This document shows, in pieces, positions 45,001 through 55,757 of a DNA stretch of 64,000 bases. The stretch covers positions 496,001-560,000 of the forward strand of contig OX337236.1 of NCBI GenBank assembly GCA_946965045.2. The letters run 5' to 3'. Every line of letters starts with the position of its first letter. Within the stretch, counting starts at the first letter, position 1. The notes beneath the pieces were generated by a model, which was not told where the DNA came from, ran no database searches, and was given only the letters and a program-made list of their open reading frames with translations. A program made the translations under genes and the position numbers. The DNA comes from Epithemia pelagica (taxonomy: Eukaryota; Protista; Bacillariophyta).

Positions 45001-45673
45001 TTCAATAGTGGTCGAAGACCTTTCGTTGGAACTGAATCATGCAGTGTCGATACTTTGCGTCACGAAATCCATCAAAACCAAAGGAGGACAGAAGAAGAGG
45101 AAAATAGAGGAAAGTGAAAATGTGCCTTATACAAGTTGTCCACATATTCTACAGCAAGTCCTCTTGTTCCTGGAACGGTCTTTGCGCGCGGACGCACGAG
45201 AAGGCGGTGCGTGGACTAAATCGGACGAAGGTAAACGGTACAATTTGTTTCTTGAACCCCTTCTGAAGTTGCTCCACTGTAACCTGACGTCAATGGTTTC
45301 GGAGGAGGTCCTTCCGACGTATGAAGACATCGTGGAAGGGGCTCGAGATAAAGACGAAGGGCACATCGTAGGGTGCCTTACCGCGCTGGCATTAGCTGCT
45401 GGAGACGAGCAACTGTGGAAACCTCTCAATCATGCAGTCCTGGAAGCTGCCGGTTCAGAAGGACGGAACGAAGTTCGAATAGGTGGGTTGGTGTGTTTAC
45501 TTTCTTTGATGAAAACGCTGGGAGAAGAATACATGGTACTTCTGCCGGAGTGTCTTCCTGTTCTGTCAGAGCTCCTAGAAGATTCAAACGAAGAGGTTGC
45601 AGGTTTGGCTCGTGACATCGTGACGCTAGCAGAAGATCTTCTTGGTGAGAATCTGGAAGAAGCACTACGTTGA
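39005..45673 (+). CDS. UTP10: U3 snoRNA-associated protein 10 / HEATR1
   Basis: 2222-aa HEAT-like ORF. N-terminus TSLQAQLAAL...ASFIY...LEYLLRRY; C-terminus LGEEYMVLLPECLPVLSELLEDSNEEV. Confidence 0.92.
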   Translation: MSSSMTSLQAQLAALNGSSGKHPGSILASSRRHEDAVGRGLHFRPEQGHAVTETIRFKASFIYETAQQAAKIPLRTLLEQAQAAATTLCAHDKPGTLLWDDWQLACSSTDASTETLQSILLHLSTWLGETDEHVVEQCLHILEYLLRRYNLHVSPTLWEDLLWCFLPHHATKAALVHRCLQLIDLGGSNQSYLFLRPYAATHTTPTPLPRALLAQHVMQTRNLLRRIVWMVRETCALVDDYTTASSTQDRPLRHGIQRHLSWTAACIVQGLAWQRHQFQSDGDREDVIRVLLPMVRQCCTMSSPDARMWGYLVASAAAETLDLASVVLEQWTSAMMEYAHDQPPQDDDGGSIRIDGEAWLALLSVLVPPQTGHHMVEDGSYLPLLQGGKWVGCPLPRPTFDSCLHQKGVTVIATALATLSQQGLQVTPLVAAFVARGLETYQVELVLALVHTNELKHVWKHPILKLAASVSSWVATLAAQQRADFRVTTNSEDPEERSEGSKIVTILQRLHEWDPLEAEQGYAHALQHATDNQTDQATIRKVLAQVVPSEVLTSPTNVSLPYVALNDEAHPSRRLEAIRKLLEYRQDTRETKQSLVDLLIRRWSHDRDFSVALALGTAIGSLIGVRDDSSQLWLRTEHASLILAGFHRWVGGPSSVVVDQKKKDGLFQSSLQMMQVALRELVCNEPETHLILEAGLAHVLDVRPPVSSAAQQVLVTALGETESLSHQDMLKALLVGRSSFLTRILERLKSDSMVDAGETVIREKSAWNLLFLCAQHPDSVETNHVAELCVDVACTLLESGTSNNTRSIGMDQRSKIVTCMQACAPHLSSCSVCISALMRIASLPDKDFEAMGQDLLKAVLHRPTNSSSVSPVSPVSIVMEASLQPTLHPSNICRLIDLASDYATNDESPVLSFSAIIPVLSLLEHDSERVRLTAIAFLEQLGQRYGDSSFDSKSYGDLKGLKYIFRDVFASLGTEGQSRFLKESLADVLSLCVKHKRGSESRVAMMRLCNLTCQSVDKLNVSKKIPEYLSPKECPRTIETVSTILKAMEVSGEEHFPLLERWNRVGVHVIAISIDLADKEVVQSYSNLFKTTVRMLRARYVTGSKVVFSSGPRMGGGRGRSYSLGSMEDVKTLESYPGEMSSAIISVLESKSVGALKLSSFVLKDLFQEAEWVDRVFSKLPLSARERLLTAVVDLVASDASDVATSSFLKLPFEAADVHVFLQNQLKASPIKLSLIVCVASFVSGNGEQMRNSTSFPKLFESLLAVLISLDSTSHSYEKEDYAYGYHALLNCLNMLSNSSTLTGVLSTNPSKKMLEGFSILRSIFDHDEDKYLNTFSYNKIRLTALSLTASLADTYPTETRTTLLDGLKACITHSSLKFIGRKHRVELVSRVLRVFWVRSADGPVDFGSVLHELVQCFAEADYDIDLLTDIVASLAAIDSEAKLSSVGAFAAIAIAIARSESRHEPKLALQIISCSPRHAKMSSVVLIFQYIKNIAVTLIESAEGSMEVIEQPLPQHTFIASIAKENKSSGLQKLLQRMIRLFEDCLQLRDVQERLENGTEEDSKFCLSLWQGSLWLHAACQIARNSNKTDTTLWQALTVSVDEIRNEIQSAMPLSLFMASVSRLLENDAKHDMLAEALALVAERVVDVPPDSAEASLFMALLPELSHSLGGREVWTQASTGAYQSALLAIEHIGRVLCLGTKRPGDLDTRMFETVLEKLAETLEGGSIQMNLNNAKFSSVGATHRDLMCSLMLAASTTIRILGVRALPHVPRIMGPLVEALSMANDTEQDHGSKASAPRDMQLAAVRTIDAVAESVPQLFAKYLPELLVNRALLSNRLRSGNDPVLSQAVDALDNCISSGVPARMLIPALENASERGGSNKNLLVLVQMLHKTVEGVSSRDAGSLKSGVFICITTAIDQGGSDLHSEHPLVAEACAALVSFSLKLSEGQLRRVYGALKEWKNEATAVPGASNATKRLAFWAMSASLSHHIKSLFLSSVSIVVEDLSLELNHAVSILCVTKSIKTKGGQKKRKIEESENVPYTSCPHILQQVLLFLERSLRADAREGGAWTKSDEGKRYNLFLEPLLKLLHCNLTSMVSEEVLPTYEDIVEGARDKDEGHIVGCLTALALAAGDEQLWKPLNHAVLEAAGSEGRNEVRIGGLVCLLSLMKTLGEEYMVLLPECLPVLSELLEDSNEEVAGLARDIVTLAEDLLGENLEEALR

Positions 45674-45743
45674 TACCTCCTGTCGTAGCCATATTGTTCT
45701 ATATACATTTTTTGAACTACAGAGACTTCATGAAGCTGTCAAC

Positions 45744-48700
45744 CTAGGTATCTTTAACCGGAGCAACGAGGACATCTTTGATGGCCAACAGCTGCGCCAC
45801 AGGCTCAAGCAAGCCATCTTCATTAGATTTGTGTCCAGCGGACATGGAAACCTGTCCATTTTGAAGCCCAATCATGGATGGCACATGAAAGGTCGCTCCA
45901 TTTCCTGTTGCATCGTTTTTCTCCGCGAAACAATCCCCTTGTCGACCGAAGGCGTGTCCCACAGCGATAGTCTGGGAGGCGTTTGGGTTGGGAAGTTGCG
46001 TAGTTCCGGCAACTGTCTTTGACCCTTTCTCAGGGACGTCTGCTTCTGGTACACTTTGAGGAGAGGCTTTATTGCCAACACTGCATGCTGTCTGTGCTTT
46101 GACAACTTGAGCAACATCGTGCGATGGAGTTTCAGCAGGAAGTTTTATGGGTCGCTCAACAGTATCAACATTTGCGATGCATAACTGATTGGGAGGACCT
46201 GTTCGAAAACCTGGCCCCGTCGAAGGTACTGTCGGAAGTGTTATGGTCTGGCAGTGTCCCGTATCAGCAGGCAAACAACACAAGTGTTCACCGAGAGCGC
46301 TAACACACTCGCTGGACCCCAGTAATCCAAACGGGGGCCACAATTTCTCAATACGCGGAGCTTTCGACGACTCATCGTCATCATCGGCATTCAAGGTCTC
46401 TTCTTCGTCCTCGCGACCGAATGCCTCGTGAAAACCACGAAGGGCATCTTGAGAAACATCCACAGATTCGCCTCGACAGAGAGGGCATATCCACTCATCA
46501 ATTTGATCTGAATCCTCTGTTTTAACGCCAACACAGGTGGCATGAAACCAGTTTTCACATTTGTCACAACAAAGCATCAATCGCCCGTCGCTTGGACCAC
46601 CGCACACACAATGCCGTGTTCCGGTGTCATCAATCACGGCCTGAACACGGGGCTCAAAAGGCATACGAAGAGGGATGTCATCAGCTATATCAGCAAGGTT
46701 TCGGAGCTCCTTCATGTCATAGGGACGTTTCTCACCCGGTACAGGTGTTAAGAGTCTCGAGGCTTTGAAATTCCAAGCGGTAGCACGTTGGGCCATGGCC
46801 TTGATCATTCGCAGACCTTTCTCCTCAGGAAGTTTGATCAACGAGGCGTTTCGCACAGATGCAACAGCATCGCATGCTTTGGGACGGTTGGCCAGAACAT
46901 GCATCGTATGCGAACTCCAGCAAAGGCACTTTAATGAGTTGAAAACCGTTTGGACATCCACATATCTAGTTAAGCCGAGTTTTGCTGCTTCTTGCATCAG
47001 CATGGCCATGGGAGGTGACAAGGTACCGTTTACAGGAGGGCGACTGGCCAAAGACAGCTCATCTGTCGAAGGCGCTATTATCAAACTTCTCACACGGATA
47101 CACCATTTCTTCAATACATCAGCCTTGACATTTTCAATCTCTTCCTCGTTGCGTTGTCTTACCGAGGAGTCAGCCAAATCTTGCAGCTTTGATTGGCATA
47201 GCTTGATAGCGGCGGAGATTTTCTCAATTCTTTGCTGAATGTCCTGTGGAGCTATAGGTTCTGGAGGTGTCTTTGTCTCATTTACCGGTGCCGTTGGCGT
47301 TGGTGGTACCGTTGGTGCTGTGGCACCTTCTTTTGAAGGTTCTTCCTTTGGCACAACTCCATCGGTATTTGTTGGTTCCACAACGGTGGTTTCAGCGCTA
47401 GTTACAGGAACCACTTCAGGTTTGGGGTTGGACAGCATCTGATTGATTTGCTCGGCTTCAGCTCGTAACTTCTCGAGATCCTTGGTTTCCTTACGAATTT
47501 TACGTTGATGCTTTTGCGCATCAGCCATTCGAGCTTTTTTCAGATCTGCTTCGCTCGTCCACTTGCGAAGAATTGCTGCAATGTTCGTGCTACTTGTATG
47601 AAACACTTTGGCAACCAAACACCGAACACACACGTATTTGTCCGATTTCTTTTCCGCTCGCGCCTGAGAAACACCAACACAAGGGCCATGGAACCAGTCC
47701 TCACATTTCTCGCACTTGATCATGAACCCTTCATACGCCCGCCTGCAGATGCAATAGTTTTTCAGTCCGTAACAGAGTCGCTTGTATTCTTCGGGTAGAG
47801 AAACAATGAGATTGTCGTATTCATCAAGAAGCGATTTGACAATTTTGAATTGAGTCTGTGCTTGATCGGGTTTGTACTTTTTCACTTTGTTCGCCCATGT
47901 CCTCGCAGTCTTTACGCCATTTCGCAAAGTCCGTAGTTCGTTCGATAAAACGCCCAGTCGATTTCCTTCTTCTAAAAGCGCCTTTGCTTCGTGCAACGGC
48001 AATTTATCCTCTGCCTGTAAAGCCTCACTTGCCGTCCTTACCCAGGAATCGCATTTCTGTGCCAGCTCTTGTACACGTACCACCGAGTCACTATCCGCAG
48101 GAAATCGCGAGCTCTTTCGAAGCAACTCCCGAAGCTTCTCAATCGTCAGTTTCTTGTCGTTGCCCGAGAGAACCTCTTCTACACGTTCACACCAGGTAGC
48201 AAAATCACCACGTTCCTTCATCAATATGTTCAATCGCGTCATCTGATCTTCAATCATGGACCTCCAGTTAAGTGATGCTTCACGAACTGGACATTCCGTT
48301 GACAAAACCGTTGTCTCTAACAGGCTCTTTCCCTCAGACAAGAAGCGGTCAAACGCTCCAAAGAACCTCCCATCAAAGATTTCTCGTGGGCTTTCCACAT
48401 ATTTCAATGACCTTGCAGTCCAACGAGAAACTTCCTCGAGGGGAAGAACGACTTTGCCTTCATCAGAAACCATACACGACGTCTTCGCATCTTGACAAAT
48501 CTGCTTAATAAGATCTTCACTAGAGCTGGGAAGCTCCAGCGAGTCCGAAGATTCCACTTGCATATCATTGTCATTGGACGGAGCGCTCAAAGGCTGCAAG
48601 TCCGGTTGTTTCTTTTCTTCTTGAAGCTCATTTTCTCCTCCCCTGGGTTTATTAATGTCCTCATACGTCGGAGAGAATGCTTCAGGAGTACCATACTTTC

Positions 48701-51700
48701 GGTTGACAGCCTCGCGAAGACTCTGGAAACTACATGCAATGACATGAATGTCCTTCGTAACCCGCGCTTTCCATTCGGAAAGAGATGTGACAGCACTGTC
48801 CAGCTGTGCGAGTTGTGCGGACACGTCAATCGGAAGTTCAGTTCCCTCACGAACCAGTTCTGTTAAATCACCCTCGTCAAAGACAAGCTTTTGCTTTCCT
48901 CGCAGTTTCTTTCCTCCAATGGCGACGTTGGATCGTTCAAACCAGAATTCAATACGCTTCAACAGGTCCTCCAGTTCATTTGCCTCCTTCAAGTCCAACA
49001 CCCCAATACCAGCCTCAGCATCCTGTACAGCCTCCTTTAAGGAATCCAGTGACACTTTGTCCTTGCCACGACGCTCGACCTGACATTTCTCTACGAGCTC
49101 GCCGTGTTTGGCATACCACTTTTCGGCCTGTCCCAAAATCTTGCTGATTTTCAAACTTGCCGGCCCTAGATTGACGAAAATAGCACCCGCCTTCTCCACA
49201 CTTTCTTGCAACACAGCGATCGGTACTTCGGGTCGACATCCCCGACGACTGTCCCCTTCGACAAACTCCCGATACTGGTCAAACCACTCATCGACTTGAT
49301 TGAGCACAGTCTGGAGTTCTGGTTCGGCATCGAGAATCCAGACATCCTTTTCCTCCGGAGCAAGGACTAAACGACTCCGTAACAGGTTGGCCTTTTCCAT
49401 GTGTTCTCGAAGCTCGTCCAATTTGCCCTTTTTGCACGAGTCTCCACCACCAGCACCGTTGGCGGATGGAATCCAAGATCGTGCCTTGACGCTCCAGTTT
49501 CGGGCATCCAACTCAATTTGCAGTAGTTTCACACAATCCATTTCGACCGGTATTCGATTGCCTTCACAGGCCAAATCGTGCATCAACGTCACTGAAGTTC
49601 CTCCCTCCCCAATTTTGGTTCGAATCACCTTCATCCACGCCAGGGGTGCCATGGCCTCTGGATCGGGTACGTTGACAAATTCACCCAACCGATCAAGCCA
49701 CTCTTGCGCCTTGGATTCTCTCGCCTTGAGCTTTTCCAATTGTTCCGTCAACTCCACAGGAATATCGTGTCCCCGTTCAATGAGGGACCGGATTTCCGTC
49801 AAGGATATCCGCGACCGAATGGCAATGTTGGCTCGTTCACTCCAAGCTTCCGTCACTTCCGACACCTCCAGTACAAAGCAGGCAGCCGGAAACTTGAGTT
49901 TGAGTCGAGATATCTCTCGAACCAAGCCAGCCAAGAACTTGGTGCTTTCCAAAGGAGGTAATATCGATGCATTGTCTGGTCCTTTTTGTCTCTCTGCAAT
50001 GGTCTTTTTCCACGCCAGTATTTTGTCGCCTAGGTCATACGCCCGTTGGAGTCGACCCTTGAGTTCCACCAATCCCTTGGAACGAAACCCATGAAGACGA
50101 TCGGCTTCCTTGACCAACTCTTCAAAGACTTCCAAATCGTTTTGAGCCGAACGCGGTGAAGTTCGAACGGCATCCACACGACTTTGCCATTCGGATACGA
50201 CTTTTACTTGTCGAATCAACTCCTCATATTCATCCGGACGGACCATCATACTTTCAGCCACTTTTAAGGATTTTCGCAAAACGTCTAGTTCTATACCCTC
50301 CTTGTACCAAAGGTCCATCCACTGCGCTCGAGTCTTTCGAGCATTCTGAACGGGTTCCACCAATCCATCCAAGGTGGCATGAATTTCTTCCACAATCGAA
50401 TCTCCCTGGTCCCATACACGTTCAGGAGGCACTAATTTGCTCGAATTCTCCACAAGCGCCAAAATAGTTGATACATGAAAGGGAGGACCCACTGAGAACC
50501 GTTGTTGGTACTCCTTGGCACAGGCAAGGAGCGCTTTCCAGGTACTTTGAAGGACCGTCTTATTGGACGAGTACATGGTTGGTTCCTCCATCATAGAAGA
50601 GGTACATCTGTTGGTTCGATAATCCCCTTGGACTGTAATGTTTGTGGCACGTCGCAGTAATCTCCAAGGTCGAATCGTTGTTGCATTGTTGTTGTGACTC
50701 TTCTCCTCGCCTTCCACCGATGGTTTGCTACGTGACTTTCGTTTCAATTCTCGTATCCGTTTGCAGGCTTGTCCAGCCTCTAAATCTACCAAAAGAGACC
50801 ATTGTGCTTGTTCAATAGGTATTTGTGCCTGCGAAGTGGCGGTGCTTGCCAACAGGGCTTGAATCTTGGGTGGTGGAAGCACAAGGTTGGGAAGGGGTGG
50901 TACTTCCCGAGGTCGTTTTAACCGCGATTTTCGATTTCGTGACGAAGTGGCCGAAGCCAACGCCTTTTCATGGGCGTCATGCCAATTGGTCAAGTCCGTA
51001 ATCCATTGTTTGTGCCGCTTCTCATCGTCGTTGCCATGGCAAGGATTGGTTTGGTTCTGGTTTGGGAGGGTGGTGGCAAAAGCGTTCTCCACCGATTCAG
51101 GCAGCTTACCGCTTGGGTGTGATCCCCCCGCGTAGGGGCTACGTAGGCCAGTACTGGAAGGAAAAAGCGCAACGACCGACTTCGACCATGGCACTGAGGC
51201 AGCCGTATTCTCCCCATTCACTCCCTCTTTCGCACCTAAAGACAAAGAGAATCGTGAGTAAGTACCCTTGAGATGACGTATAGGCGACATGGAGCGGATT
51301 GTCCGACTTCTCGACCTTTGAGAGGGGCTGACGAGGCAGCGTTCCACAGGGACACACATCAACCACAACCTGGACCCTCATCGAGAGGGATCTTCACCTT
51401 CTACCTTGATCATCAAGGATTCAGAGGCACATATCAACAGTGCTTCCCTAAATGGACCCAATGTAGGAGTCTGTAGCCCGAAGAAGGCTTTCCGGACTCC
51501 TCAGGAGAGATTCCTTCGTGACAGACCGAAAGAACGACAGGGACACACAGGTCGAAAGCGATCACCTCGATAGAGGCACTGGAAGGACAGTATCGACTTA
51601 CCCGAGCTGGTATCTCCTTTGACATACACAGACGCTTCCTCCTTGGTCAAATGAGGCAGTAGATTGGACATGAGGACCGGAACAGGTCGTTCTGTCGCGT

Positions 51701-51869
51701 AGGGCGTAATGCTGGTCGTCTTGGGGACTTTGGCTTGGAACTGAGAACCAAGCTTTGGAAACCTTCGACGATACGACATGGCCGTCGACAAGGAAGACTC
51801 ATCTTCTTCTACTGCCTTGGCGGCCGCTGCTCGCGTACGGCTTAACGTTAAAGACGGTCGACCCGTCAT
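45744..51869 (-). CDS. Chromatin protein with an ELM2-like motif, PLU-1-like helical repeats and two PHD fingers; intron at 51601-51236
   Basis: PHD1 YCICRRAYEGFMIKCEKCEDWFHGPCVG...YVCVRC; PHD2 HCVCGG...MLCCDKCENWFHATCVG...WICPLC. Exon 1 contains KLGSQFQAKVP, and a GTAAGT...TTTAG intron joins it in frame (G|GT). Confidence 0.8.
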
Positions 51870-52312
51870 GATCAGAGAGGGCACCACGGGTGTGTTTCTG
51901 CCGCTTTTGTGTGTGTTTTGTTGTATGGCTGAACACTACAAATTTCTGTCCCTCGTTTCCCCGTGAGGTCGGCTGGGGAGCACTCCACATCCGGGTTATG
52001 GAAGAAAGCTGAGCGTTACATCCCAGCGGCTGACCAAACATCAATAGGGTTTAAGTTTAGCCGGCTATCTAGACTATGTCTCACACCAGAGCTAGAGGAG
52101 TAGGTAGGAGTGTAGATGTCATCTTGAGCCCCTAATAACATACTCCTAGCAACGGGTAAGAATGAATCTAGTTGATAGTCGATGTCCTCTGATATCAAAC
52201 AAAAGGACAAAGGACTACTCCTAATAAATAAAGCGTCTGTCTTAGAAACCTATAGAAACATTGGTTACAAAAGGGCCTACCTAGAGAGACTCGATATGCC
52301 TCTTGTCTGTTC

Positions 52313-53683
52313 TCAGCTACTGTTTTTGCCTTTGCCCTGGTTCATCATAGCGTACGCTTTGTTCTTTGTGTCAATGGCTTGATTGTGACGTTTCATGCGC
52401 TCCACGTCTGTCACTGGTTTGCCTTGCACTCGTTTCGTCAAGTTTTCAAACTCTTTAAAAATCGATGGCACTTCTTCTCCCGGAACCGGTTTCGGTCGTT
52501 CCCATATACCCAATGTTTCCCGAACCGACTTGGACATTAACAAATGGGTTTGTACGGCCGTCAAGGTGTTGTTGGTGGCCCAGTAACAAAGCATACTGGC
52601 GTCAAAGGTGAACAAGACGGGGAACATGACGACGGACATAAGTCTCATAAAGTTGACCATGAAACCTCCTTGTGGACCGGCCATGGCGATTTGACTTTTT
52701 GTCGATTCGGTGAGAAAGACAAAGGTGAGGGTCGTCACTACGGGTAAAACGTAGTAGGGGTCGCTGGTCGTCAGATCCGAGAACCACAAAATACCACCCG
52801 TGGCAAATTCTTCCGGAAATATCTTGCCCATTTTTTGCAGACCAAAGAACATGCCCATAAACAGAGGCAATTGAAATAATGGAGCAATAAAGGCTCGGAT
52901 AGGCTTTGCATCGTAGCGTTGGAAAAGATCCTTCATGTTTTTGGAGAATTGCATTTGGTCTTTTCGAGTAGGATTCTTAATCCTTTGGTAGCGTGCCTGT
53001 ATTTCCTTGAGTTCTGGATTCACATGAGCCATTCGAGATGTTTGACGTTGGGACATGACCATGAGTGGAAACAGACCCAATCGAAGAAGGCAGGTCACTC
53101 CGATAATGGCCCATCCATATTCTACTCCTGCCAAGTCATGAAAATTTTTAATGGTCAACACGGCCTGGTCTGCTACATTGTACCAGGTGGGTTCCCAGGC
53201 AATACCGGCGCTCTCCAGCAAATTGCCGCTCGCATCCAAATTTTCCGCAAACAGACGGTCCAGTGTTTCGTCTACAGAGCCTCCATAATTAGATCCTGCG
53301 TCTGTAGTATCGACCGAGACGGTATCATCCTTTACTGTATCTAGGACAGTCTCTGAAGAAGTGGGGGTTGCTGTTTCGCTTGTGGCATCTGTACTACTCG
53401 ATGTTGTATCTTGGCTCTTGTCCGAAGACGACGACGAGAAGCTCCAAAAGTTTCGTCGATGAGTCCATTGCGTATACGCATTCGTTGGTACGGTCGAGAC
53501 TTGGAAGAGAAGGGGTATGTGATTACTTGGGGTTCCTCGGCCCTGTTGAGCAAAAGCGGGTGGTCTCGATTGCGACCGACTGGCAGGATCTTTTGAATCC
53601 GAGTCGGACGACGCGAGAAAGGTCTTGACGAAGGCCGAAGGTCGGATTTGCGACCGGCTTCTAGTACACGACAGTCGAAGCAT
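52313..53683 (-). CDS. OXA1: Mitochondrial inner-membrane insertase, Oxa1/YidC family
   Basis: WAIIGVTCLLRLGLFPL, PLFQLPLFMGMF, GGILWFSDLTTSDPYYVLP, CYWATNN; Arg/Ser-rich presequence. Confidence 0.88.
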   Translation of the reverse strand: MLRLSCTRSRSQIRPSAFVKTFLASSDSDSKDPASRSQSRPPAFAQQGRGTPSNHIPLLFQVSTVPTNAYTQWTHRRNFWSFSSSSSDKSQDTTSSSTDATSETATPTSSETVLDTVKDDTVSVDTTDAGSNYGGSVDETLDRLFAENLDASGNLLESAGIAWEPTWYNVADQAVLTIKNFHDLAGVEYGWAIIGVTCLLRLGLFPLMVMSQRQTSRMAHVNPELKEIQARYQRIKNPTRKDQMQFSKNMKDLFQRYDAKPIRAFIAPLFQLPLFMGMFFGLQKMGKIFPEEFATGGILWFSDLTTSDPYYVLPVVTTLTFVFLTESTKSQIAMAGPQGGFMVNFMRLMSVVMFPVLFTFDASMLCYWATNNTLTAVQTHLLMSKSVRETLGIWERPKPVPGEEVPSIFKEFENLTKRVQGKPVTDVERMKRHNQAIDTKNKAYAMMNQGKGKNSS

Positions 53684-53946
53684 CTCTCCAACGAATAATG
53701 ATGTTCACTCTTCACTCTTCTGTTCCTGGGATCCTGTACCTAGGTCGGCGAGATTTGTGTTTGTCCGTTGCCAATTATGTTTTTCTGAAAAAGTATGTGT
53801 GGTTGGAGGATCGTCCAGCATAAAATCCGCGACTAAAAGGAATGTGACGTTTTTGCGAGAATCCCATCCATCAAAACAACGTAGTGCGCTGATTGACGAA
53901 GAAGAGCTTGTTTGGATCGACAAGTGTGGCGACGACGACGATGTGG

Positions 53947-55193
53947 ATGATAAGAAGAGACCACCTGAACGTGTATGCATCATGGATGCTGGCTTTGTTA
54001 GTATCAACTGAGGCATTCCAGTAGGTAACATTGGATTCTGTGTTTCATTGAATGTTGTGCCCGCCCATCGGCAGGTTGCGCCTGCTATCCAGTATTATTT
54101 TTGGAACTACTACGACATGAATTGGAAGTTGAAAGGTGGAGGTATCAGAGTGTTGAACTCATCTTTGTTTTCTATCTCTTGTTGATGTTTGCTTCTTCAT
54201 GTCATGGATAGGCCATTGACGACACCCTCCATCAGCCTTTCAACATTGGCAGTCGGACCTGTTCCAGCGACAAACTATGTGACGCTTCCTACACAAAGCA
54301 TTCATCATCCCCGGATAACAGCTGATCGTCGTAGTCTTTCTCTCTATGGACATGACTATGATGAGGATGTGGACGCAGTCGACCTCGTGGCAACGAGCGA
54401 ACACAACAAGGTTGCTCGCATATTGCCGGTGCTTGCGGGGAGTGTCGCTGCACTCGCGCTCATGACCATCCATCCGAAACTAGCCTGTGCTGCAGATCCT
54501 CTTGCTACCCTTTCGGCAACCTCACAAACTGCAACTTCCTGGTGGACAGCCATTGCCGAGACTGGATTTTACCAAGCATTTTCTCTGGTGTTTTTGAGCG
54601 AAATTGGAGACAAGACATTTTTCATTGCCGGACTGTTGGCTATGAAGACTTCAAAGTTCATATCGTTTCTTGGATCCATTGCAGCTCTGGGTGTCATGAC
54701 CATTATCAGTGTTCTTATTGGTCAAATTTTCCATGCCGTTCCCAGTGGATTTCTGTCGGATGGGCTTCCGCTCGACGATATTGCGGCTTGTCTGGCCTTT
54801 GCCTTTTTTGGTTTCAAGACTCTGAAGGAAGCACTGGATATGGATGAAGGAGAATCGGTAATGGACGAAGAGCTTGCCGAAGCACAACAAACAGTGGATG
54901 AAAGTCAAACGATCAAAGAGGTTACACGGTTCGGTCAGTTGGCAAGCATCTTTGGATTGGTCTTTGCGGCCGAGTTTGGTGACCGATCCTTTCTTTCTAC
55001 CATTGCCTTGTCGGCTGCACAAAACCCACTTAGCGTGGCGGCCGGTGGCATTGCTGCTCATGCCGCAGCCACGGGGATTGCCGTGTCCAGTGGATCGCTG
55101 GTCGCCAAGTATATATCGGAAAAGGTGATTGGTATTATTGGAGGATCACTCTTCATCCTCTTTGCAGTCACAACTGCATTAGGAATATTCTAA
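53947..55193 (+). CDS. GDT1/UPF0016-family Mn2+/Ca2+ transporter, plastid-targeted (PAM71/CMT1-like); intron at 54021-54211
   Basis: Two E-x-G-D-(K/R) motifs (SEIGDKT, AEFGDRS). An upstream exon MIRRDHLNVYASWMLALLVSTEAF spliced via GTAGGT...ATAG gives TEA-FQP. Confidence 0.88.
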
Positions 55194-55757
55194 GCTACTC
55201 CTATCCTGCCTAACGAAGCGTCATGTATTTCTTGGAGTACTACCTACCCTTTTACGGATATGCCTACTAGGAGTGGGAGCATGATCTCTATAAACGCGGC
55301 TAGGGGTAAGTTTTAAGTAGTATAGTCGGAGGGTATCTTTTTCTGAGTTTCTTTGTCGATATCACATACAAATGGCATAGCTTCTTTTTTTATTGGCATA
55401 GCTTGAACAGATACATCATAGCAGTGTCGTCACAGCCGTGGGTATACTCAGTGGAATCTCTCTCGCAGTAGTGGTTGGTTGAAAATAGCATGACAATCTG
55501 GAGAGAGAGAGAGATGGTCGGTCGGTCTCGTTGTCACAGCGCAACAGGAAGAATAAACAGTGTTACGTCCAGAATAAGATCAGACAGTGCAAAACGTCAA
55601 AAGTACATCCTGTCTGGGAGAGATCAAGTGGTCCGAGATTTTAAAAAGAATAACCCCACGATTGAGTTGTTTGTTGAGTTGTTTTGTTTTTTGTACAGGA
55701 CGATCCATCCGTACGCGGAGAACGATTTGATTCATGGTCACTTCCGAATGGGAGTCA

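Noticed and set aside
13544-55193. Apparent clustering of plastid-targeted genes (mTERF, DUF4239-like, CYP38, PDH, GDT1-like)
   Set aside because: They are interspersed with unrelated genes, and the number is not clearly above the background rate for a diatom genome.
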